From the NCBI GenBank assembly GCA_025558095.1, contig JAIVFI010000011.1:1-64000 (forward strand): a stretch of 64,000 nt of DNA, read 5' to 3'. Of this stretch, positions 21,988 to 33,973 are shown in pieces. The translations under genes and the position numbers were made by a program. How positions within the stretch are numbered: position 1 is the first letter of the stretch; every line of letters begins with the position of its first letter. The notes beneath the pieces were generated by a model. It had not been told where the DNA came from, ran no database searches, and saw nothing but the letters and a program-made list of their open reading frames with translations. The DNA comes from Hyaloraphidium curvatum SAG 235-1. Lineage: Eukaryota > Fungi > Monoblepharomycota.

Positions 21988-23538
21988 ATGCGGTTCCGCA
22001 CGCGCGGCGCCCTCGCCCTCTCGGCGCTCTTCCTCGCCGCGTGGCTGACCACCGGCCGCGGCCCCCGCCCGCCCTCCGGCCACCCGCGCGCGCGCCGCTT
22101 CCCCTCGCCGCCGCCGCCCCCGCCCGACCCCCTCGACGCGCTGCCCGCGCCGTACGAGGGCTGGGACGCCGGGCCCGCCCCGCCGACGGCGCTCGACTGG
22201 CGGCTGGTGGCGCGGCTGGCGTACGCGCTGGCGCCGCCGGGCGAGGGCCCCTACCTGAACCCGGACATCGAGTGGCTCGCGCCGTTCCTCGACGCGGACA
22301 GGCAGGTGCGGACCGCCGTGGCCGTGTTTGTCGCGGACCCGGCCAGCGCGGACGCCGCGAGGCTGCTGGTGGCGAGGCTGCTGGCCGGCCGCACGCGGGT
22401 GCGCAGGCGGGACGCGGACGTCGTGGCGGTCCTGTCCACAACAACCCTGCCGCACGACGTCCTCGCCAAGCTGGAGTCGGACCTGCTGAGGGACGCCCCC
22501 TCGGCCGAGGGCGCCCTGCCCGCAGACGGCTCCCCGCCCCACGCCGGCCCGCGCCTGGTCGTCAAGCGCGCCGCCTTCGACCTCGGCGCGGTCCCCGAGC
22601 GCCGCCGCAAGCCGTTCGTCGACCGCTGGCGCGCCGCCTTTTTCAAGCTCAAGGCGTTCGACCCCGCCACCTACGCCGACCCGGAGCTCAGGGCGGCGCG
22701 GGAGCGAAGAGGGCTGCCGGAGCACGACCACGCGCTCGGCGCCGACGCCTCGCTGTTCGCCGCCCCCGACTCGGACAACCCTTACGCGTTGGTGCTCGCC
22801 CTGGACGCCGCCACCCTGCTCGTCAACCAGCCCCCCGACGCTGCATTGGACCGCGCCCTCGCCGTCCTGGAGCGCCGCCTCGTCCGCTGCCTCGCCGCCT
22901 TCCCCCTCTCCCCCGGCGCCTCCCCCCGGCCCTTCCGCGCCTGCGTCGCGCGCGCGTATCCGTTCCACGCGCCCCGCATACGCAGGTGGGAACGCACCTG
23001 GAACGACTCCCTCTCCGCTTCGAGGGGCCAGCGCCGCATCTTCCGCGGCGCGGCGGTGGTGCTGTCCCCCTCGGGCCACCACTTCTCCGGCGCCGTCGCG
23101 CGCGCGCACTCCGAGTGGGGCCGGTGGAAGCAGCTCCGCATGGAGCACGGCGTGCTGAACCACTACTTCGCCGTGCACGACCGGCCCGGCCGGGAGGAAG
23201 ACTACGGCCCCGCGCGGGCACCGCCGGGGGACGCCCACGCGGGGAGATGGGCGGTGCTCCACAACTCGACGTGCTTCTTCCTCAACGCCGACACGGACCG
23301 CGCCCCCAAGGACCCCGCGTGCGCGTGCCTGGTGCACGGGCGGGTGTGGGAGGGCGACAACCCGTGGCACGGGGTGTACAGGGAGGCGTGGAAGGAGGCG
23401 TTCGGCACGCCGGTGCCGGAGCCGTGGGTGCCGCCGCCCGAGCCCGGGAGGGGGAGGGGGAGGGGGGTGAGGGTGGGGGGGATGGTGAAGCCGCAGAGGG
23501 TGGTGCTGAGGGTGGGGGAGGGGGAGGGGAGGAACTGA
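21988..23538 (+). CDS. GT8-like (glycogenin-type fold) type II glycosyltransferase, intronless, degenerate DxD
   Basis: N-terminal TM; DRWRAAFFKLKAF, LVLALDAATL, FRGAAVVLSPS, EHGVLNHYF. Confidence 0.65.
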   Translation: MRFRTRGALALSALFLAAWLTTGRGPRPPSGHPRARRFPSPPPPPPDPLDALPAPYEGWDAGPAPPTALDWRLVARLAYALAPPGEGPYLNPDIEWLAPFLDADRQVRTAVAVFVADPASADAARLLVARLLAGRTRVRRRDADVVAVLSTTTLPHDVLAKLESDLLRDAPSAEGALPADGSPPHAGPRLVVKRAAFDLGAVPERRRKPFVDRWRAAFFKLKAFDPATYADPELRAARERRGLPEHDHALGADASLFAAPDSDNPYALVLALDAATLLVNQPPDAALDRALAVLERRLVRCLAAFPLSPGASPRPFRACVARAYPFHAPRIRRWERTWNDSLSASRGQRRIFRGAAVVLSPSGHHFSGAVARAHSEWGRWKQLRMEHGVLNHYFAVHDRPGREEDYGPARAPPGDAHAGRWAVLHNSTCFFLNADTDRAPKDPACACLVHGRVWEGDNPWHGVYREAWKEAFGTPVPEPWVPPPEPGRGRGRGVRVGGMVKPQRVVLRVGEGEGRN

Positions 23539-24097
23539 TACGGGCGTGCGGGGGGGTGTACATATCATGTACCGCTATCGATCGAGGCATGAATCGGCCC
23601 CGTACGGGTTCGGCAAGGGCCGGTCGACGGGTGGCGGTTCGCGGGGGTTGGCCAAGGAGGCGTCCAGGGACGCTCCGCCGAGTCCGGCCGGTGCCCCAAC
23701 CGTTCTGCTCCCGGTGTGGCCGCGAGCCCTCCCGTCCGCCTGGCAGGCAACCCAGCCGCCGGCGGCGCTCCAGAAGCCCCGGGAAGCCGGCCGGCCGGTG
23801 CGCGCCGGAGCAGCTTCGAGGGTGCGTGGCGAAGCTGCCGCTTGGCTGTGCCGGCTTCGGCCTGCCCCCGGCGGCGCGTTCTTCCGTGGGGACCTGGGAT
23901 ACCCGCCCGAATGCAGCATGCATTGCATGCGCTCATCGTTGGTGGTGTCGGGGATGCGAAACGGACGGGGACGGGGCGGGGCAAGTTGGGTCCCAGATGA
24001 GTCAAGGGTCCCGTGACATGCGGCGGTGCCGCTCCGTGGCCGCCACCGGCAAACACACCAAACAGCATTCGCAGAACACACCTCACATTCCCATTCA

Positions 24098-25090
24098 ATG
24101 GCATACGAGCCACCGCGGACGGTCACGCGCGGCCGGTCGGACCCCGGCGGGTTCGGCGCCCCGCAGCGCGGCGAGTCGTGGGTGCGGCAGCTGCTCCCGC
24201 GCGCGGCGTCGGCGGTGCTGGGCGGGGACCGCGACGGGGCGGGGCGGGCGGGGAGCGACGGGACGATGGTGCAACTGTCGGGGGGAATCGGGCCGGGGGC
24301 GTTGCACGGCAAGGCGGACTTTTTCGAGGAGCTGGAGTGGCTCCGGCATGAAAGGGGCCAGGGTGGGCAGCGGCACGCGGACGACGATGCGTCGCAGTGC
24401 TCGGATGCGACGGACATCCCCGAGGAGGGCGGCATCGACTGGGGCCGCGCGCTGGACGGCTCGCTGCCCCGGCCCGCATCCCCTCCCCGGGCGCCGCCCC
24501 CCGTCTTGGCACCCCGCGCCCTCACGCCGCCCGCCGCCTCCCGCCGCTTCGTGCGCTCCTGGCCGCCCGGCGCACGGCTGCACCGCGGGCCGGACCCGGC
24601 GAGGTCGCTCTCCCCCGACTGGCGCCCCGAGTCGCCCGCGAGCAGCCTCGCGTGCGAGTCGCCGATGGCCTCGCCGTGCTCGGACGGCGCGTACCCGCTG
24701 CCGGACCCGCGGCACGCGTTCCTCCCCTGGTCGTCGGGCGCCGCCGCCTCCCCCGGCGGCGGACCCCGTCACACCGAGGACGGCCACGCCAAGGTCGCCT
24801 TTGCGCAGGAAGTCCTCGTCTGGCCCACCTACGCCCCCTCTTCCTACTCCCGCGGCCTCTCCCCCGACACCGCGGACCGCATCCTCGCCGAGGGCCTCGC
24901 GGACCTGCGCGAGGAGGGGATGCTCCCCCTGTCCGGCCCGCCGTGCGCTTGCCAGGCGTGCAGGGAGCGGAGGGGCGAGTGCGAGCAGCGCAGGTGGATG
25001 GAGGGCAGCGTGCAGGGGATGCCGGATCTGAGGAGGTACTGGAAGGAGGGGTGGGAGGGCGCGGGGAAGCCGGGGTGGCCGGCGGACTAG
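24098..25090 (+). CDS. Hypothetical disordered protein with candidate PP1-docking motif and Cys cluster
   Basis: Single ORF; KVAF..VLVWPTYAPSSYSR; CACQAC. Confidence 0.6.
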   Translation: MAYEPPRTVTRGRSDPGGFGAPQRGESWVRQLLPRAASAVLGGDRDGAGRAGSDGTMVQLSGGIGPGALHGKADFFEELEWLRHERGQGGQRHADDDASQCSDATDIPEEGGIDWGRALDGSLPRPASPPRAPPPVLAPRALTPPAASRRFVRSWPPGARLHRGPDPARSLSPDWRPESPASSLACESPMASPCSDGAYPLPDPRHAFLPWSSGAAASPGGGPRHTEDGHAKVAFAQEVLVWPTYAPSSYSRGLSPDTADRILAEGLADLREEGMLPLSGPPCACQACRERRGECEQRRWMEGSVQGMPDLRRYWKEGWEGAGKPGWPAD

Positions 25091-25321
25091 GCGGGCGCGG
25101 GGCGTCCGGTGCCGATGGATGGCGCGCGGATGCGGGAGATGCTCGAGATATATGGATATGCTGAAATCTGATTACATCGCTTGTTTGACTGCCCGGTCTT
25201 GGATGGCGGTCCCAAGGGCACCTATCGGAAGTTCCAGACGGGCGACGGACGATCTATTCCACCCCGGCACCGCGATCCAACATCAGCCCCGCGTCCCACT
25301 TCATCCGCTCGGCCGCGCCCT

Positions 25322-25900
25322 TCAGGCCTCGGCTTCGATAAGCCTGTCGTCCCCGCCGAACGCCTTGGGCGTGTTGACGAACTTTGGCAGCCCGTCCTTG
25401 ATCTGCGCCGGCTGGATCCCCTGCTTGCCGGCGTCCTCGACGTAGATGTGCGCCGTCGGCTTGAACCACGACTTGTCCTCGGCCTGGGCGGGGAACAGCG
25501 CGACCATGCCGCCGACCTTGGAGCACATGCGCGTGCCGCACTTGGCGCACGAGAAGCGGGTGGCGCCGTTGATCTTTTCGGTCACGCGGACCTGGACGAG
25601 CTCGCCGGTCTGTTTGGGCGGGGTGAGGCCGGGCCCGGCGGCGGCGCCCGCGGTCGGGTCCCACCTCCTCGGTCTGGGTCTCCATCCACAGGCCGAGCGC
25701 CTCGACGGGCGCCGAGATGGAGCGCTGGCACGAGTTGCACCAGCAGAAGAGGCAGGCGATGGGATCGCCTTTGGCCACGAAGGTCGTGCTGCGGCGGGGC
25801 GGCAGGGGGCGGCGCGGCGGGAGACAGTGAGGCCCGGCGCGGTTCGGCAGAGGAAAAGCGGTACGCACGCCTTGCAGGGGCACTGGAAGGTGACGGACAT
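25322..25900 (-). CDS. GFA/CENP-V (Mss4-like) family protein (3 exons)
   Basis: CPC...CWCNSCQR...RFSCAKCGTRM...FKPTAHIY. Confidence 0.88.
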   Translation of the reverse strand: MSVTFQCPCKACVPLFLCRTAPGLTVSRRAAPCRPAAARPSWPKAIPSPASSAGATRASAPSRRPSRRSACGWRPRPRRWDPTAGAAAGPGLTPPKQTGELVQVRVTEKINGATRFSCAKCGTRMCSKVGGMVALFPAQAEDKSWFKPTAHIYVEDAGKQGIQPAQIKDGLPKFVNTPKAFGGDDRLIEAEA

Positions 25901-26672
25901 TCTGCGCTTCGCGATGTAGATGCTTCGGCTGCGAAGGACTGCTTCGCGGTCAGCGAACGGTTGGGTCGGCTCGGGGTCTGCCGGGGATGCCGCCGACCCG
26001 CAACCTTCATCCAGGAGACCTCCACCGGTTCTACGTTCATTGCCTGCTTTGCTGGAGGTATCGCTGATTTTGCAATCCCGTTGGATTTGCTTTGGATTGA
26101 CCCCTGCTACTTTGGTATGCGGTGGCTCGGCAGTCACCTGCGCCTTGGCGTTGCGCGTGGTCCTGGCGCAGGCATCGGCGGGTCGCAATATGGCGTGGGA
26201 TACTCGTAGCGAGGCACTCCAACTTTGGTTTGTGACTGCAGCAGATGAATCGCAGAGTTTTCCACGCCCGAACGCGCAGGACAGTGAGGCGCCAAGGACG
26301 GTTGGCGCGAAATCGATCCAGGTTGCCCGCCACTGGCCCATCCGCCCATGCTAGCCTCCGCTTCTTGACGTCAAGAAGCACCTTTACGCAGCGGAAGTAC
26401 CCAGGAGCCGCGTCCAGGCTTGTCCGATTTCCTGGAAGAGCTTTCGAAAACGTCACTTACCATCGCGCTGCCAGGACAGCAGCTCTGCATTGGATAACGT
26501 CATTGCGAGTGAGTGCAATTTGTCAACGAGAATCCAAGTAGACGCCGTCCCGTCGTCGTACTTAGGGGCGGGTCAGGCGCGGCGAGTAGGCGCGTCGCAA
26601 TTGTCCAATTGTCTCCCCTTCCCTCCCGCCTCCTTTCCTCTTCCGCTCCATCCCCGGCAGCCCCTCTCCGTG

Positions 26673-27216
26673 ATGGCCGAAGTCATCACCGGCTCGTGCA
26701 ACTGCGGCAAAGTCAGCTACGAGATCGCCGGCGACATCGCCGGTGCGCCGCCCTCCTTTGCCCCCCCTCCCCCGCCCTCACCGTCTCCCCCATCCCTGCC
26801 AGCCAACGTCCTCTGCCACTGCCCCAACTGCCGCAAATCCGGCGGCGGCGCCTTCTCCGTGAACCTCATCGTGCCCGAGGCCATCCTCACCCTCAAGGGC
26901 GAGCTCAAGGCGTACGAGGACCCCAACACGGACAGCGGCAAGCCGCTGTACCGCAAGTTCTGCCCCAACTGCGGGGGCAACATCGGCTCCTGGATCCCCG
27001 CCGCGCCGGGGCTGGTGTTCCTCAAGGCCGGGACGGTGGACGACAAGTTTGCCGTGGGTCCCTGCCCCGCCCGCCGGCCCTGGCGGAGCGCTGACTCCCC
27101 GGCGCCCGCGTCGGCAGGGCAAGATCCCCAAGCCCAGCAAGCAGGTCTTCACCGAGACGCAGTGGTTCACGGCGGACCACCTCGACGTCGCGGACAAGGC
27201 CCAGCGCGGGACCTAA
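26673..27216 (+). CDS. GFA/CENP-V (Mss4-like) family protein (3 exons)
   Basis: GSCNCGKVSY...CHCPNCRK...RKFCPNCG...LKAGTVDD. Confidence 0.92.
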
Positions 27217-27306
27217 GGGCTCCCCGGACGGGCCGCCCACCATGTACTCGGACGCAGGAGCATAATCCTATCGTTGCCAACGGCGTACATACGGCCCCCG
27301 CGGAGC

Positions 27307-29568
27307 TCACTTGCCCAGCACGCACCCCTCGTACCCCTTCTCCCGCACCTCCCGGCACTTGGCGGCGTAGGGCGGGTATCCCAGCAGCGGCATGAACACC
27401 CGGACCTGCACCGCACGTCCATCAGCTCCCTTCCCCGCCGCCGGCACGCCGCGGGCCCCACCTTGCCGGGGATGTTGGCGCCCAGGTACCACGAGTTGCA
27501 GGTAGGGTAGACCGAGTACCCGGCGACCGTGTTGACGTGCCCCACCCACGCGTCCTGCGCGTCCAAGGTCGCTTCGATGGTGCTGATGCCCTTGGAGTCG
27601 AGGTCCTTGATGGTGTCGGCGATCCATTCCACGCTGGGCCGGGGAGGGTCAGCGCGGGTCGGGCCGGCGTGTGGGGAGGGGCCTACTGCTGCTCGATCGA
27701 GGTCATCATGTTGGTGAGCACGCTCGGGGACCCGGGGCCCGCAATGTGGTACACTGCGAGGGGAGGCGATCATGAGGCGGTCCGCGGACGGCGCGCCGCG
27801 CGGACGCACTGTTGGGGAACCCGTGGATGAGCAGGCCCAGGTACGTGGCCGGCCCTGCCTCCCACGCCTTCTTGAGGGTCAGCCCGTCGCGGCCGGTGAT
27901 GCTGATCTTGTCCAGGGAGCCCGTCATGGCGTCGAACTGCCGGCAATCATCAGCACGCGGTCCGTCAGGCCGGGGGAAGGCAGCCCACCCCGATGGCCGT
28001 GACGATCGCGTCGAACGGCCCGAACTCGGACCCGTCCTCGAGCCGGACCACGCCCTCCTTGCCGCCGGCGTAGGTGATCGGGCGGACCTTGATCGAGATG
28101 AGCTTGACGTTGGGGCGGTTGTAGGTGATGTAGTAGTCCGTGTCGACGCAGAGGCGCTTGCACGCGACGGGGTAGTCGCTGTGGAAGGGAGGGAGTGTGA
28201 GGGAAGGGACAGCGCGGTCGCGCTGTGCGAGCCCACGGGCAGAGGAGCTGTGCCGTCTCCTGGTCCTTGACCATCGACTTGATCTTGCGGTGGAACCAGT
28301 CCTGCCCGACGCCGTGAGCTGCTGTCCGAACCCAAACGGTCGCCCAACGACCCACCTTGACGTAGTCGTTGCACACCGGGTTGGTGATAACGTCCGCCCA
28401 AGCAAACATGATCCCCGCGCCGCCCTCCTCCCACCCCGCATCCAGGATCTTGTCCCGCTCCTCCGCCGGCGTGTCGGCAAACATGTTTGTCGGGTTCGGG
28501 AACGTCCCCGCGCCGAAGCCCTGGAGCTGCGAGAGGGCCTTGATCTCGTCGTACCGCTGCTTCTGCGATGCCAGCTGCTCGGGGGTGAGCTTGGCGTTGT
28601 TGGCGGGGACCGAGTAGGTGGGGGTGCGCTGGAAGACGGTGACCTGGTCGGCCTGGGCGGCGATGACGGGGATTGACTGGACCGCGGACTGCCGAATCCG
28701 TCAGCCTGCTGTACCCAGACCGTCGGTCTGGATGTTGCCCACCGATCCCGTCCCGATCACCGCGACCCTCTTCCCCGTAAAGTCGACGCCCTCCCGCGGC
28801 CAGAGGCCGGTGTGGTACGACTCGCCCTTGAACTCGTCCAGCCCCGGGAACCTGGGCATCTGCGGCGCCGACAGGCACCCCGTCGCCAGCACGAGGTGGC
28901 GCCCCTTCCACGTCTGGGACTCCTTGGCGCCGCCCTTGGGGTGGTGCTCGACCTCGAGCGACCACCGCTTCGCCGCGTCGTCCCATTTCGCGGCCTTGAC
29001 GGTCGTCTCGAACTGCACGACGGGCTCGAGCTTCCACCGGCCAAAGACGTGCTTGATGTAGGACATGAGCTCCGGCTGGGGCGCGTACTTCTCGCTCCAC
29101 TCCCTGCCAGCCCGCCGTCAGCGCGCGGAACGGCCGCGGTCGCCGCACGAACACGCACCAGTCCGAATAGAGCCCGCTGTCACACTTGTACGAGTAGTCC
29201 GAGCTTGGCACGTCCACGCGGGCGCCGGGATAGCGGTTCCAGTTCCACGTGCCGCCAGCTTCATCGCTCCTTTCGAACGAGCGGACCGTCTTGCCGTCGG
29301 CGCGGAGGCGGTTGCACATGTACATGCCCGCGAACCCGGAGCCCACGACGAGGCTGGGTGGGCCACAGAGGAGAGCGCATTGTAGGTAGAAGGATGGGGT
29401 GTGCGGTAGGAAAGGCAGAGCGCGGGCGTGCAGAGGGCGGGCAGGCGGTGGGGGACAGGGTCGCGAAAGGCGACGTCCGGGGCAGGCGGGAGACTCAGGA
29501 AGGGCGCCGGGCGGGGCGGAGTCGGATACCAACACGTCCAGGACTTCGTCCTTGTCTGCGACCGTCAT
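27307..29568 (-). CDS. Baeyer-Villiger monooxygenase (cyclohexanone monooxygenase-like), many introns
   Basis: GSGFAG, GGTWNWNRYPGARVD, FKGESYHTGLWP (FxGxxxHxxxWP), GTGSSAVQ, CKRLCVDTDYY, SWYLGANIPGK. Confidence 0.95.
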
Positions 29569-30216
29569 CTTGGGCGACACGGAGCGAGTTGGGAGCAGCG
29601 GGGTTCTTGGGAGACGGGTTGGCGCTGCGTCGGGCGCTGTGGCAAAGGCCGGCGCGGCCCATTGTGGCAAGTTGGATCGTACAGGGGGCGGACATGGATC
29701 GGCGAATGGATTGCAAGTACATAAATCATACAATGCGTGTGCAAGCTGTTGGTCGAATTGGGTTGGACGCGCCGCCCGGGTGGCCTTTCGAGCGGCGTGT
29801 AGTGTAGCCGCTCCTGCATGCACGCTTGACTTGGAGCTCGTTTCGGTCTGCTCGAAGTCCGGCCGCCGGCGGCCGGAGTTCGCGGACTACGGGATCTTCC
29901 ATTTCTGGTGAGGTTGGCGTACCCTTGCGGCCCCTTGAGTTGTCCTGCCGCTCCAAAAGGCTGCCTGCGCGGTTTCGGCCAGCGTCAACTTGACGGAGCT
30001 CAGAAGAGAAAAGGGGAGACCAGACGTATTTGAATCTGTGGAACCAGCTTGCTTAGCTGGATGGCAGTCTATCTATCGTGACTTTCAACGCCACAAGCAA
30101 TGATTCCGCCCCGAGACCGATCGTTCGCTAGCATCGTCTCATAAAACCAGTGCTTCGCAATGTCCGCTCCATTGGCGACAATCCGGTCCCTTCCAACGTC
30201 CGACCGTCCGGCCCAA

Positions 30217-30753
30217 TCAGTCCTCCGCGACGAGCTGCGGCATCTCCACGGCCGCCATCGCCTTGATGTGGTCCGACGCATGCTTCAGCAGGCCCCTTGC
30301 CGTCTCGGGGTCCCGTGCCGCCAGCAGCTTGAACCCCTCCACCCTGCCGCGGCAAACATCGGCGCCGCAGCGGCAGTCGAACGGTTCCGCCATCTCCCAC
30401 TCGGTCGAGTCGTAGTCGAACGAAAGCACCTCGCCCGCAGCGACATCCCTGATGGCCACCAACGAAAGCTCGACCTCGGCCCCGGGCACGTCGAGGGGCG
30501 GCACCGGCCCGTGCTCGATCCTCGCAGCGGGGCCGCACGAGTGCGCCGTGAACATAAGCGGCGCCGTGACGTCGGCGTGCGCGGTGGGCGACACCTCGAT
30601 GGTGAACACGGTGGGCGAGGAGCGCAGCGGGGCGCGCTGGGCGAGCGCGACGGTGCCGGCGGCGAGAGGCGAGTTGGCGACGACGGCGCGGCCAATGTCG
30701 GGGAAGGCGTCGACGCGCACGAGCGGGAACTCGGGGAAGCGCTGGGTGGCCAT
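30217..30753 (-). CDS. Small SET plus post-SET domain protein, intronless
   Basis: AHSCGP, RDVAAGEVLSFDY, EWEMAEPFDCRCGADVCRG; TATAAAA about 55 nt upstream. Confidence 0.88.
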   Translation of the reverse strand: MATQRFPEFPLVRVDAFPDIGRAVVANSPLAAGTVALAQRAPLRSSPTVFTIEVSPTAHADVTAPLMFTAHSCGPAARIEHGPVPPLDVPGAEVELSLVAIRDVAAGEVLSFDYDSTEWEMAEPFDCRCGADVCRGRVEGFKLLAARDPETARGLLKHASDHIKAMAAVEMPQLVAED

Positions 30754-31222
30754 CGCGGAGCAGGTGCAGGGGATGCGATGGAGGGAAGTGTGCGATGCAC
30801 GGGCCTTTTATAGTGTGGGGACGGGGCAACTTGGCCGCCGGGGCGGCCGGTGCTGTGCGGGCCGAGATGATCCGGGCCGACCCTCAGCCGTCGGACCAGC
30901 ACGACCCAACGGCGTTCCGAACCCCATTTTGCGGCGTCATTCTGATTCGGGTAGGCTCGTCGGATCCTTTCTGACGACTTTTGCGGTGAGCTGCCTGCTC
31001 AAGGCTGAATCCGTGGCTGGACAGCCGTTTGGCGATGCTCAGACTTTAGCTGGGCAGTTCGCCACCGAGAGCGCGGACGACCAGGATCAACCGAGCAACA
31101 CGGCACGACTCCTCTAAGGAGTTGGATCCTAAGGCTGCACTACATCCCCGGATGGGCAAGCACTTCCAAGACTCGCAGCAGCTGATTCCGTCAACCGTAC
31201 GATCCCAGCCCAACAACTCCGA

Positions 31223-33219
31223 TCAGTAATCGAAAAGGTCGCCCGACTTGAACTCCATGCCATGCAGTAGGAACCTCTTGGGCCTGTTCCACAGCCACCC
31301 CCCCGCAATCCCCTTGCCCACGAACGGGAACGCGAGCAGGTTGATGACGCCCTGCACGGGGAGCAGCAAGGCGCACAGGATCATCACGGGGTCGGGAAGC
31401 AGCGACCCGAACACGGGGAACCGCTCCATCACGGCGCGGAAGGCCGCGGGGTCCGCCCCGGGGCCGCGCTGCCGGTACCAGGCGGGCCAGAGGGGGTAGC
31501 AGAGGTACTTGACGAGGAGACCGCGGTACATGACGAGCTGGGCGGCGAAGGCGGCAAGCGAGGCGAGGAACAGGGCCCGAGAGGGGCGCCGGCGGAGCCT
31601 CACCACGATGCCGGCGGCGAAGAGGGCGGCAGAGAGGCGGCCTGCCCACAGAATCGGCGAGGGGAGGCGCGGGGAGCAGCCGACGTCCCGGGCGACGGCG
31701 TCGGCAAAGGCGACGTAGTCGACGAGCGAGTCGAGGTGCGGGCTCACGCTGTAGTGCGCGCGCTCGTCGGCGGCCTCGGGAGCGATGCGGGAGCGCCAGT
31801 CGGGAGGGAGTGAGAGATCGCCGGAAAGCAGGCCAGCGATCTGCCTCGAGAGGAGCTCGGCGAGCTGCGGGATCCCTCCCTGGAATGCGTTTAACCGGGG
31901 GTGAGACGGACGATGAACGGGCGGTCCGTCGCAAACAAGACGCACCTGATGAGGCCTCGCGTACCCGACGAAGAACAGGTGCCCCGGCCCTTCCTTTTCC
32001 GCCGGATGGTCCAACGGCGGGAAGCAGTGCCTGTACCACCGGCGCGGGTTGACCACGAGCTCCGGGCAGCTCTTCTCGAGGAACGGCATCCTCGCGCCGA
32101 ACCCCGTGCAGGCGATGATGGCGTCGAATTCCACTGCGGTGCCGTCGTCGAAAGTCACGGATTTGCCGTCGCACTTGATCGACTTGCTGATTCGGTGCTT
32201 GATCTTGCCGGCGGCGACCCGTTCCACGAAGCGGGCGTTCTTGGTCGCGTAGCCGCTCTACGGGACGGGAAATGGCAATAGATTCGGAGAATGAAACGGT
32301 CGGGGCGATGAGCATCGGTCGGGAGAACCAGCTCGGCAAAGACCCGCACCTGATCGGCCTGCCACGGGGTGTCTTTGCAGTGCTCCAGGCACCAATCGGC
32401 GAGCAGCTCCCCGCGCATCAGCACCCTCCAGATGAAATGCCTCGGCAGCGAGTACAGCATCGCCGACAGGTCGTTGTGCAGCCTGCTCGTCGTCATGGTC
32501 TCGAGGAACGCGTTGATCGGCAGCCCCTTCCCCGCCTGCTGCAGCCTCAGCCCGTCCGCCTCGGTCATACCCGGGGTGAGGAACCGCGGGCCGACGAGCG
32601 GCACCCTCCGCGTCCAGAGGGTGCAGTCGCCGCCGGCCTCCTGGGCGTCGGTCGCGATGTCCGCCGCCGACTCGCCCGCGCCGACGACGAGCACGCGCAT
32701 CTTCTCGCGGGTGATGCGCTGCTTGAGCTCCGCGGAGAACTGAGTCGAGTGGAACACGTCGCCGCCGAAGCCGAAGTCCGGCACCTTGGGGACCTGGTTC
32801 GCGCCCGTGCAGACGACCAGCGCGTCGGCGTCGAATGTCGCGGGGCCGTCGGGGGTGGAGAGGGAAATCACCCAGCCGCCGTCGGCGCGGCGCGCGGCGT
32901 CGGCGACCTCGGTGCCGTATTGGATGTGCTCCTTCAGCCCGAACTTGTCCGCGTAGGAATCCAGGTACTCCACGTATTCCTCCTTCGACGTGTACGCCAA
33001 GTTGCCCGGCGGCGGATGGTCCGAATAAGCCATGAAGTAATTGCTGATCGTGAGGTGCAGCGGGCCGTAGGTCGACGGCGCCGCGAAGGTGCCGCCGAGC
33101 CCCGCGCCGCGCTCGAAGCACGTCGCCGCGTGGCCCGCCGCGCGGAGCTCCTTGAGCGCGACGAGGCCGCACGGGCCCGCGCCGACCACGGCCACGGTCG
33201 CCGAGTGCTGGGGAGCCAT
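31223..33219 (-). CDS. Flavin-containing monooxygenase (FMO) with C-terminal TM segments
   Basis: GAGPCGL, FGGDVFHSTQF (FxGxxxHxxxF), GAGESAAD, ATKN, IIACTGF, FFVGYARPHQGGIP; two introns. Confidence 0.92.
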
Positions 33220-33973
33220 GGGTGGTCACGCCGGGCGGCTTCAGCGAGCGGTGCCAAGTTGGGTGCAGAGCAAGGGACCTTGATCTTCCTCGATCTTCCT
33301 AGCGGATCACGAGCTAGGTAACTTCTATTGAGAAGGCGGAACGCAGGTTACATATTCCAGGCTTCATCTTCCTCTTCGGCGGGGCTCAGCAGGGCTGCGA
33401 GTGCCCATCGGCGATGGAGGCCAAAGACCGATCGGACTCGTGGCCCCGTCCGCAGTGGTCAGTTGCTCCGTTTCTCGCCTCAAAAAGCCCATCGTACGAT
33501 CCGAAGGACACAAGATTTGCCTTTTCTTGACCCGATCATGTATTCTTCAGTCACTTGGTCGGCGTAGTGGCGGTCATCGAGCTTCACCTTGAACCCCAAC
33601 TCGCTCCACGGGAAGCCCAGAATCAGCGAAAGTCCTCTAGCGTATTATTGAAAAGAACGATTCACAACGAAATCGCTTTCCGGGCACCAGGTGCCAGAGA
33701 TCAAGGGCCGTCCTTGGGACGGCTGCGGCGTGCTGACTGGGACGCAGGGCAAAGGTCGGTTCTGCAACGCATCCCGCCAACGGGGACTCCCAAACTATCC
33801 AGATGAGCCAGATCCACCTCGCGGAATGCTCTTTCGGTTTGTTTGGGCTTCTGGACGGCGGGTAAGGCGGATCGCAGGAAATGGCTGCGGCTTCCGCCAC
33901 TGACTGCCCCGGTCCCTTCCCCCCGACCACCCGACACCGCCCACCGCACCGCCCTCCGGGGCCGGGATCCGCG

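Noticed and set aside
21732-25031. 1099-aa ORF and many other Arg/Pro/Gly/Ala-rich long ORFs
   Set aside because: Shadow frames of real genes, caused by stop-codon scarcity at very high GC
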